DNA of 63,887 nucleotides, filler included, from Nemertoderma westbladi (Eukaryota; Animalia; Xenacoelomorpha), in assembly GCA_032718475.1 (NCBI GenBank). It is 3 parts of 3 records of this genome, joined end to end, with 100 filler letters (N's around TTAATTAATTAA, not from the genome) between each part and the next. Parts side by side here need not be neighbours in the genome. Positions count along the whole stretch, not along the records: positions 46,043 to 63,887 come from JAUCBJ010002334.1; 2 more parts are not named here. One strand, written 5' to 3'. The notes beneath the pieces are model-generated. The model was not told the DNA's origin, ran no database searches, and was given only the letters and a program-made list of their open reading frames with translations. This document shows positions 50,643 through 62,324 of this stretch, piece after piece (position 1 is the first letter of the stretch; each line of letters starts with the position of its first letter). The position numbers were made by a program, and so were the translations under genes.

Positions 50643-52500
50643 CTAGTGACGGGCCTAGCGGCCCGATAAGGAACCGACTTTTTATTTCAAATAAAAGAGA
50701 CAATGAGCTCGGCTCGGTCTGGCACGATTGGGCTCGATTCAGTTCGACTTGGCTTGATCAGCTCGGTTTGGCTCGATTGGGTTAGACTCGGCTTGATTGG
50801 GCTTGACTCGGCTCGGTCCGGCTCGACTTGGCTCGACTCGGCTCGATTGGGCTCGAATCGGCTCGATTGGGATTAATTGGGCTCGACTTAGGCTTGATTG
50901 GGCTCGAATCGGCTCTATTTGGCTCGACTCGATTCGATTGGGCTCGACTCGGCTTGATTGGGCTCGACTCGACTCAGTCCGGCTCAATTTGGCGTGACAC
51001 GGCTCAATTGGGCTCGGCTCGGCTCGGCTCGGTCTGAGTCGACTCAGCTCGATTCGGCTCAATCGGCTCGATTAGGTTCGACTCGGCTCGGTCTGGCTCG
51101 ACTTGGCTCAATTGGGCTCAATCCGCTCGACTCGGCTCGATTGGGATTGATTGGGTTTGACTCGGCTCGATTTGTCTCAACTTGGCTCAGTCTGGCTCGA
51201 TTGGGCTCGACTTGGCTCGGTCCGGCTCAATTAGGCTCGACTAGGATTGATTGGGCTCGACTCGGCTCTATTGGGCTCGACTCGACTCGATTGGGCTTGC
51301 CTCGCCTCAGTCTGGCTCGACTAGGCTTGATTGGGCTCAACTCGGCTCCGTTCGGCTTGACTCGGCTCGATTGGGCTCGACTCGGCTTGATCGCCTCGAT
51401 TGGTTCTATTCGGCTCGATCAGTATGATTCGGCTCGATTGACACACGCTGCTGGAAGGGTCAAAGCCAAACTCACGTGCTGCTCGAAGGGACAAAGTCAA
51501 ACAGTGTGTCTATTATTTGATGTAACTCACGTGCTGCTCGAAGGGCGCAACATCATATATCAAGGGTCAAAGCAAACCTCACGTGCTGCTAGAAGGGACA
51601 AAGTCAAACATTGTGTCTAATATTTGATTAACTCACGTGCTGCTCGAAGGGCGCAACTACATATATCGAAACAAGCCCCTGTCTTGTATTTTAATAATAA
51701 TATAATAATATACACTCCCCAACGGGGTAAATGAAATTCGGTAAAATCATATTATTATTTTATCAATAAAATAGATATAAAATAAAAATAAAAATAAAAA
51801 TAAATCAATTTGTATTTTAATTATATCAGAAATCGTTGCCATGCATAATGTACTATATTTGGGTCCCATGACCCACCCCATTGAACAGCTTTGCTTACAT
51901 CTGATAGAGAGTAATCCCAAATTAACTTCCCTCTACGAAAATTATTTTAATTAAATACATGCAATATAGCAGTCTACTCTACAGTCAACAGTAGTAGGCC
52001 TACACAATAACTAAAATGGCATTCAGCTTACCAGCTATTCGCATTAAGCTAATAGATATTCGATTTCATTCGATTCAGTGAGTGTGTGAGGGCTATTGGG
52101 AGAGCAATCAGCTTATGATGTAATACATTAGAAGCCCACAGCTTTTGTTTGCTTACTGTCTGAGTTGTAAAGTGAGGATAATACTTGGCACAGAAAGCAT
52201 TTCCTCGTTAGGTGGCCATTCCTATAGAATAGCATTACTAGGCCATCTCTATCCATTTTTCATGAGTGCCAGCTGGTGTTTTTATCATTGCGCCTATGGC
52301 GTTTTTTCGTTTATGTCTATTTTTCGAGCCCACGGCTCATGGACGAAATAGCGGAACATACAAGGGACCTTAGAATCGCCGTATCTAGCCGCCGTGAAAA
52401 TTTCATCAAAATCGTTAGAGTAGTTTTGGCTGTAGATCAGTCAGCCAGTCAGTCAGCCAGTCAGCTAACAATTCTTACAGTAATGAACCTCTCGGTTCCT
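50643..52500 (-). mobile_element. Non-autonomous Helitron-like element (family B, copy with degenerate microsatellite)
   Basis: Same terminus and body as 48051-50636; (AGTCAGCC)n near the distal end. Confidence 0.8.
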
Positions 52501-52929
52501 AATTACACACTCCTAGCATACAAACTAGTTTAATATGTATAATAAATGTTTAAATTTATTATAGAAAATACTAGTAAAGCTAGCAAGCCTTATACTTAAT
52601 ACATACATAATACTTACATAATTAATGTAGGTACTCTAAAAATAAAATAAAAACAGTTGGTTTTTTATATGTTTAAGTCCAACACCAAAATAAACGTATC
52701 TTTATATAGGCCTAATCTATAAAGTATTAATTTTTTCAATTGTAATATTCTTCATCACAGCAGCCAGTGGCGCATTCTATTGATTGTGTCGCATTCGGAG
52801 TCAGGTGGATTGGCTGCTACGTATTCAGGTAGACACATCGGTATTAATGACGTTGGAAGTGTGAATACTGAAGCCAAGTCGTGGGTTTTTGGAACTGGAA
52901 TATGACGCAGCGTCATCGTGTATTGTTAC

Positions 52930-54484
52930 TACTACTAGTATCGGCATGCTGCATTGCAGCTGCATTTTTAAGAATGCTGTGCCGGCTTGTCGACAAAATT
53001 GCGCCGACACAACTCCCTATCACCCATGACATGTGCTAGATCATCCGCATCTTCAAGGCCAGTGTTCTTTAAGATACGTCTCAAGAAAGTCATGGGCTGT
53101 CCACCATGCTTTTTCGCTCCATGAGGCTGCCAAAGTACAAGATTATGCACTGGTTGGTCCTCACGGCGAAAGCAATGTCCTGCAAAGCGGAGGCAATTTT
53201 GTTCTAGTGTCAAGCTTGGGAGAACCAATGAGACACCTCCAATGCTATATAGTGTCTGGTTGGAGATGTGTGCATTGTACTTGACACAATGAACCCGGCG
53301 TAGCATTCTTGTGAATGTGCCATCCAGAGATTTGGTTTCCTCAGCAGTTAGAGCCCAGCATGGACTCCCATAGAGGAGTACTGGAACTACTGCTGCTCTA
53401 AATAATCGGACCTTAAGTTTCCGATTAATTCTCGGTGACTTCTAAACCCTGGAAAGCCTATTCAAGGCTGCCCATGCCTTTCCCTTACGTATTCGAAAGT
53501 CCTCACATAACTTCCGGATCCATGATCCCAGGTAACAGAAGCCATCCACATGCTCAAGCATACCATCCTTTGAGCTTATGCTTATCCGATCAGAGACTTG
53601 CTGAGAACTTTCAAAGTTAACTGTCAAAATTTTGGTCTTTCTGGAGTTAATAAAAAGACCAACACTAGAAGCAGCATGTTCTATTGAGCTGAGGAGCCGT
53701 TGGGCTCCCTCTAGTGATTCTGAGAGTACTCCTAAGTCATCAGCAAAGTCTAGATCAGTTAGGTACTTGGCAGGATTTCCTCGACTTCTGGAGCCAGTAG
53801 GTGGAGTTATCATCACCCCATCATAATTATGATGATCTAAGGACATGCGTAGAACATATTCAACCACAATTATGAACAAGAAAGGTGCAAGTGTGTCTCC
53901 CTGGAGGACGCCCCATAATACTTCAAATGGTTCTGTGTCACCATCAACAGTAGACACAAATGTTGTCGAACATCGTATACTGATCTGATTGCTGCAATAA
54001 TTTCATCAAGAATCCCATATAATGAAAGTATGCAGAACATACGTGAGCGGGAGACTGAATCAAAGGCCTTGAAGAAGTCAACAAAGATAACAGCCAGAGA
54101 TGCCTGTCTTTCTTTTTTGATAACTCTTCAATTATCCTTCTAAGTGCCAAAATGGGTTCCATATGGTCCCACGACCTCTACGGAACCCATTCTGATTTCC
54201 ACGGAGCAGTCTCTCAATGGGATCCCTGATGCGATTTAATAGAATCCTATTGTATAGCTTTGCAGCAATCGAGATCAATGAGATTCCCCGAAAAGAACCA
54301 TAGAGTGTTAGGTTGCCCTTCTTGGGAACTGGCACCAACTTATTTGTTTTCATTTCTTGTGGGACTCTTGTTGTACGGTACATGTCTACTATGATGGGAT
54401 AGATGAGCTTTAAACACTCAGGTATTTTAAAGACTGAATTCTGATTTCTGAATTCTGATTTCCACGGAATCAGAATTGTGTATG
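52930..54484 (-). mobile_element. 5'-truncated RTE LINE (second family), decayed
   Basis: 16-bp TSD CATCGTGTATTGTTAC at 52914-52929 and 54485-54500; (TAG)n tail; GVLQGDTLAPFLF and LDFADD; frameshifts present. Confidence 0.93.
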
Positions 54485-55221
54485 CATCGTGTATTGTTAC
54501 CAAGCTAGCAATTTGGGGGACGCAATTCAGTTTTTGATTGGCTGGCTACAGCCGTGTCAGGGAGTCCGCCGCTATAGTCTAAGATCGAAGTGATAAAATT
54601 GTTATAGATTATTGTAATAGATTTCTCGTGCTTCTTGGCACGACGATAAGCTCCTAAAATGGCTTTGATTCTCTAAAAGTTCCAGGGAGTGTTATATCTT
54701 CCCTTATTGTTTTGGTTCCCGGCTGATATGAAATATTTCTCACTAGAACACGGTCATTCAATGACTTGTTATTTACGGACATCCACAACCTTTCAATATA
54801 GTGCAAAAACACAGTGATTTCTGTTCTTCCCAAGATGTATATTGCTCCCTTCTAGCATATAAAAATAGTGTACTGTAACACCATAGAAAAACCTCTGGGA
54901 TAAGGAAAAAGGAAAAACCAGGTGAGGGGTGTGATTTGGGTCCGTTAGGATCCAAAGTATAGCCTCAAAATAATCCAAAATATAACGAAAATAAATACAG
55001 TATTTTTTAGTCGTTTCGTTAGGGTAAAAATACATTGAAAAATATATATCAAGTTATAAAAAAGGTCACAGAAAAACTTAAAACGTCGTGAAAAGTCTTG
55101 AAACAAAGGTTTTGGAAAATCGCATGCCCATGCAGCTTCACGGTATTGTATAAAGGTGCAGCTTCACGCTATTGGAACTTGGCGATAGTGCAGAACAACA
55201 GGTTACTGGTTACATTACATT

Positions 55222-55845
55222 CGCCGTGAGGACCTGAGCCAGTGCATAATCTTGTACTTTGGCAGCCTCATGGAGTGAATAAGCATCGTGGATACCCCAT
55301 GACTTTCTTGAGACGCATCTTAAAGGACACTGACCTTGAACATGGGGATTATCTAGCAAATGTCATGGGTGATAGGGAGTTGTGGCGGCGCAATTTTGTG
55401 GACTAGCCGACACAGCATTCTTAAAAATGCAGCTGCAATGCAGCATTGTATAACATTGGACGATTTGAATTGCATTGTTCTGCATTTTTAAGAATGCTGT
55501 GTCGGCTTGTCGACAAAATTGCGCCGCCCTTTATACAATATCCCTCCCTCTCTCCGTATCACCCACGACATTTGCTCGATTTTCCGCATCTTCAAGGCCA
55601 GTGTCCTTTAAGATGCAAAAGTCGTGGGCTGTCCACCATTCTTATTCACTCCATGAGGCTGCCAAAGTGCAAGATTATGCACTAGCTGGTCCTCACGGCG
55701 AAAGCAATGTCCTGCAAAGCGGAGACGAATTTGTTCTAGTGTCAAGCTCGGGGGAACCAATGAGACACCTCCAATGTTATATAGTGTCTGGTTGAGATGT
55801 GTATTTTTGGTGTCCTCAGCAGTTAGAGCTCAGCATGAAGTCCCA
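55222..55845. mobile_element. Two 3' fragments of the same RTE family in tail-to-tail inverted orientation
   Basis: 55222-55446 (+) and ~55470-55845 (-) both match 52945-53370. Confidence 0.85.
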
Positions 55846-56090
55846 TAAATAATGTCATATTTATTAAGACAACAACAAGGTACAGGGCGGCTATATAAAA
55901 AATTTATATGATCTTTTCTTCTAGTAAAATAAAGTTTTTGTATACATAAGGTTCACATTACGTACGCTAAATAAGAAAATAAATATTATTCTAAACACCG
56001 TAAAAGCCCCACAATGGAGGAAAAAATTGGATACTGATTAATAAATCTTGCAACGTAACAGTAACGAGAAACAATTCAAATAAATATAAA

Positions 56091-58661
56091 TACTACTGTA
56101 TGTATAGAATACCAAGTTATTGATACACATTAATAATAATTACTGCTGTATGTATAGAATACCAAGTTATTGATACACATTAATAATTACATTAATAATA
56201 ATTACTGCTGTATGTATAGAATACCAAGTTATTGATACACATTAATAATTACATTAATAATAATTACTGCTGTATGTATAGAATACCAAGTTATTGATAC
56301 ACATTAATAATTACATTAATAATAATTACTGCTGTATGTATAGAATACCAAGTTATTGATACACATTAATAATAATTACTGCTGTATGTATAGAATACAA
56401 AGTTATTGATACACATTAATAATAATTACTGCTGTATGTATAGAATACCAAGTTATTGATACACATTAATAATAATTACTGCTGTATGTATAGAATACCA
56501 AGTTATTGATACACATTAATAATAATTACTGCTGTATGTATAGAATACCAAGTTATTGATACACATTAATAATAATTACTGCTGTATGTATAGAATACCA
56601 AGTTATTGATACACATTAATAATAATTACTGCTGTATGTATAGAATACCAAGTTATTGATACACATTAATAATAATTACTGCTGTATGTATAGAATACCA
56701 AGTTATTGATACACATTAATAATAATTACTGCTGTATGTATAGAATACCAAGTTATTGATACACATTAATAATTACATTAATAATAATTACTGCTGTATG
56801 TATAGAATACCAAGTTATTGATACACATTAATAATTACATTAATAATAATTACTGCTGTATGTATAGAATACCAAGTTATTGATACACATTAATAATTAC
56901 ATTAATAATAATTACTGCTGTATGTATAGAATACCAAGTTATTGATACACATTAATAATTACATTAATAATAATTACTGCTGTATGTATAGAATACCAAG
57001 TTATTGATACACATTAATAATTACATTAATAATAATTACTGCTGTATGTATAGAATACCAAGTTATTGATACACATTAATAATTACATTAATAATAATTA
57101 CTGCTGTATGTATAGAATACCAAGTTATTGATACACATTAATAATTACATTAATAATAATTACTGCTGTATGTATAGAATACCAAGTTATTGATACACAT
57201 TAATAATTACATTAATAATAATTACTGCTGTATGTATAGAATACCAAGTTATTGATACACATTAATAATTACATTAATAATAATTACTGCTGTATGTATA
57301 GAATACCAAGTTATTGATACACATTAATAATTACATTAATAATAATTACTGCTGTATGTATAGAATACCAAGTTATTGATACACATTAATAATAATTACT
57401 GCTGTATGTATAGAATACAAAGTTATTGATACACATTAATAATAATTACTGCTGTATGTATAGAATACCAAGTTATTGATACACATTAATAATAATTACT
57501 GCTGTATGTATAGAATACCAAGTTATTGATACACATTAATAATAATTACTGCTGTATGTATAGAATACCAAGTTATTGATACACATTAATAATAATTACT
57601 GCTGTATGTATAGAATACCAAGTTATTGATACACATTAATAATAATTACTGCTGTATGTATAGAATACCAAGTTATTGATACACATTAATAATAATTACT
57701 GCTGTATGTATAGAATACCAAGTTATTGATACACATTAATAATAATTACTGCTGTATGTATAGAATACCAAGTTATTGATACACATTAATAATAATTACT
57801 GCTGTATGTATAGAATACCAAGTTATTGATACACATTAATAATTACATTAATAATAATTACTGCTGTATGTATAGAATACCAAGTTATTGATACACATTA
57901 ATAATAATTACTGCTGTATGTATAGAATACCAAGTTATTGATACACATTAATAATTACATTAATAATAATTACTGCTGTATGTATAGAATACCAAGTTAT
58001 TGATACACATTAATAATAATTACTGCTGTATGTATAGAATACCAAGTTATTGATACACATTAATAATAATTACTGCTGTATGTATAGAATACCAAGTTAT
58101 TGATACACATTAATAATTACATTAATAATAATTACTGCTGTATGTATAGAATACCAAGTTATTGATACACATTAATAATAATTACTGCTGTATGTATAGA
58201 ATACCAAGTTATTGATACACATTAATAATAATTACTGCTGTATGTATAGAATACCAAGTTATTGATACACATTAATAATAATTACTGCTGTATGTATAGA
58301 ATACCAAGTTATTGATACACATTAATAATTACATTAATAATAATTACTGCTGTATGTATAGAATACCAAGTTATTGATACACATTAATAATAATTACTGC
58401 TGTATGTATAGAATACCAAGTTATTGATACACATTAATAATTACATTAATAATAATTACTGCTGTATGTATAGAATACCAAGTTATTGATACACATTAAT
58501 AATAATTACTGCTGTATGTATAGAATACCAAGTTATTGATACACATTAATAATAATTACTGCTGTATGTATAGAATACCAAGTTATTGAAACACATTAAT
58601 AATAATTACTGCTGTATGTATAGAATACCAAGTTATTGATACACATTAATAATAATTACTG
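56091..58661. repeat. AT-rich satellite with 50-bp and 62-bp units
   Basis: TACTGCTGTATGTATAGAATACCAAGTTATTGATACACATTAATAATAAT, with or without a 12-bp TACATTAATAAT duplication. Confidence 0.97.
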
Positions 58662-59401
58662 CCAACTACCAAATAAATTAAAACTGAAATTAAACCATTA
58701 CAGAGAAGGAGTCAATCAACAAATCACATTAATTTACCTTTTGAACGGTGTATCACAATTTTTACATTTTATAAATCACGAGATATTCAAAATTAAAATG
58801 AGTGGAAATGAATTTTAAGGCCATTAATCAAAATCAGTTGAGATACTCGTTCGTGGGGCCTTCGCGCAGCATGAGAGCTTATATTAGAAAGTACATTATA
58901 CTAATCTCTATCATATACGAAAAAAATATGAGCAAAGGCAAAGCCTCAGTTTGTGATAAACTAGTTGTAAAAAGATAGATCCATTTCAGTTTGCCCTTAT
59001 AAACTTTAACTGTCATTTGTAAACCTTCTAACTAGGGCTATTTAAGTTAAGTATGACATTTTTAGTATTACAATACTCTTCTCCTTCATTAACCTTGTTG
59101 CGCTCCTCCTGTTTTGTCTTAAAATAATTTTTATAACTATTTAACTTTAACTATAAAAACCTTTCTAACTCGAAACTGTGAGAGTGATTTATGATTTATG
59201 CTGATTTATGGCAGATGGACACTCATATCCATTTGTAAACTCGTTGCACTTTATAACATAATGCCAAACAAACAGCTAGTACCTGGCTTGTGTTTTTATC
59301 ATTTCGAAGAGATGTGTTCGACCTTTGAGTTCAAGCAGCAGTGACCATCTATAGCTGTCTTTACAGAAATAAATTAATTAATGGGCCTACTTGTGAGAGG
59401 T

Positions 59402-60680
59402 ATAAGGGGTAACGAGGTGCCCTGAATCGAGTGGCGGGGTGTGTTTTTAATAAAATCACGAGGAAACGTTAAAAGCGCGGGAAGTCAAAATGATTTTGAA
59501 AATCGGCTGTGATTAGCTTCTACATATTTGACGTCACTACACAGTGCTCAGACAATTTCTTATATTGTTTTCTATGGAGGGTGATTTTGGATCCATTCAA
59601 ATATACATTTAATCTCAATCATTTCATCACATGTGAAAACAGAGTGTCTTGCGCGTATTTTAGCACTACAATTAAATAAATTCATGATGATGAAAATAAT
59701 ATTGATAAAATGAATCAATTCACAATAATAATAAACTCGCAGTTTGCCTGACCGGTATGCAAATAGTACTGAACCAGTCAGCCCTATCCTCCTATTGCAT
59801 TGCAGTATCGGAGTATTGCTGTATTGCAGCTTTAAGTTCATTAAGTTGAAATGTGTACCGGTCACCGGTAGCATAAGAGTTGTACAGCGGTAGGTTTACT
59901 CAACGTAATGAACTTAAGCAACAATAAAGCAATAGGCCTACTCCGATACTGCAATGCAATAGGTAGCTAGGGCTGAGTTGATTAGTTCTTGCATACGGGG
60001 TCAGCCAATCTACCAAGTGTGCAAAATTGCAAACAGTATTATTTATAATTGTTTGTAGTGTTAGAAGACGCGCTTGACTCTCCGATTTCAATTGATATAA
60101 GCCAGGTGAGAAATGATTGTAGAGCGAAACATATCAAATTATTGATGAACTCATTAATTGGCAATCATTAAACTCTAAACTTTAAACATTAAATATTGTT
60201 GAATGACCTTTAGTCAGTCAGCCTTTGCTTAAACTTTTGTGGTGACTGGTATATATATTATAGTTACATAGATATAACTTATGCAATCAATTTTGTAATA
60301 ATATTAATTATACAATTTGTAAATGAAACATTTGTCTAAAGCTAAAATTATATTTCGAATTTATTTCACATTGTTCATATTGTTTTCTTAATTAATCTTA
60401 ATCAATTGACTTTATTGTGCACGAAAATTATTGAACCTTACAATTATGTAGATTAAATGTGTATTTAAATCGATCGAAAATCAACCCATAGAAAACAATA
60501 TAAGAAATTATCTGAGCACAGCTAAGTGACGTCATGTCAAATATGTAACAGCCAATCACAGCCGATTTTCAAAATTAGCTTCCCAGGCTTACTTAAACCC
60601 GCCATTTCGACCAATTCTTCATGTTTTTACAAAAATCACACACGCCACCACTCGATTCAGGGAACCTTGTCACCCCTTAT
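59402..60680. mobile_element. Non-autonomous TIR element (Kolobok- or PIF/Harbinger-like ends, unresolved)
   Basis: ~180-bp imperfect TIRs ATAAGGGGT...CCCTGAATCGAGTGG...ATTTCTTATATTGTTTTCTATGG and the reverse complement at 60487-60680. Confidence 0.8.
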
Positions 60681-62324
60681 TCGATTGTTTCTAGCCCAAC
60701 AATTTTTTCGCACACCAACCCTATTGATTCCCTTGATCATCCGGGCGTGACCGGAAAATTGCCGATTTTATTAGTTGTAGTTAGTGGATCGGCACATATT
60801 AAACCTAATCCATCATGTCTGTCCCCTTCCATACTACTACACTTGTACCCGAAAGTCTAATATTTATTGCTGAAGACTTACAACACATCGTACGCATTCA
60901 TCTGTCCATATTTCCATATTTCCATCTGAATCAGAACAGTGGCAACTCAAACCGTAGCCAACTGCCACAAGTGATGTAAGAATCAATAAGTGTTTCATAA
61001 TTACTAATAAAATACTACTTAATAAATTAATACTTAATAAATACTTAATAATTCGTAATAAATACTACTGCTGGAAAGGTTGATATTAGCAGCTGTCGAA
61101 TTCTGAATTGTTTTGGATGGGAAAACGTGAGCATTCTGACCAATTAAATTTCCAAGGGGATTTAGATTAGAATTTATATGGATGAAAATATGTCCCAGGG
61201 TTGTTTGCTGTTTTGGGACTTTCTGCTTCCAAGTTCAATTTATATTTCTGGACTTGGTTTTGAGCCTGGGATTCAGACAATTTAAGCTGTCGTAAACGTC
61301 TTATACTAGAGTTATCTGAATTGCAGCAGTTAGAGTTGGAGGTCTCACTCACCGCCGGAATGGTGTCAGTAGTACCGAGATTTCCCTTGAGAAGATTGAT
61401 GGTTTTAACAATTACATTATAAGTTATAACGGTTTCTTGATAGTCCTGTAAAATATCACTCAATTCTTTTGATGCCCTTATTTTAGAAAGACGGCAAGAT
61501 ATGGCTGAATAACAGTCGTCGAGTTTATGTTTTGATTTACGTGCTGAACTTAAAAAATTTCTCTTGTATGGTTTCGAATTCTGAAATTGGGCAGAGTATT
61601 TTATCATCTAATTTATTTTTAATAGCTATGCACTCGTCTTTCAGATGAACTAAAGGATTTGTTCTGGATCAAACATGTCCGATTTATCGGGGTATTTGAT
61701 GGTATACTCACTCATGGTTGTGCGTTAGACGGTCAGTGTATCTGGTCGTAGTGAAATATAAATTTAATAAATTGCACCAAAAAAAATATATTAAACGACA
61801 ATGTGAATATAGTTCTATTTGGAATTACCATAACATAGTAATACCATTTCATCTACAAATGTTTCAAAAAAACAAAAATTACTTTCAAATAAAACTAGCT
61901 AAATAGTAAAGATATTCTAGCTAGTATAAAATGCTTCTCAAGAAGAATTGAGAAATTGCTGATAGATGAGCAGATGTGTACTAATGAATAATTTGAAAGT
62001 TCGTAGCAATAAGTGACTTAAAGTTCAACAATGCTTAAATATAGTGATGTGTTGAATTATAATTATAATATTCTGGAAACTGGAAATATTCTGTGTAGCC
62101 TGATTTCATCTATAGTTTGAGCGATGTAACCTGCTTTTATCTAATTCTCGTTTCGATGACTGAACTGTACGTGGAAGACTCAGCGATCGACTTTATTCAA
62201 AAGTTTTGGTAATTGTGTGGTTGGTAAATCGTTTTTTACTGTCGTTGAGCAGCAAGCGACGCGAGGTAGATTGCGGTCCCGCCTTTCAACGCTGTTACAA
62301 GCCCACCCCCCCCCCCCCCCCCCC

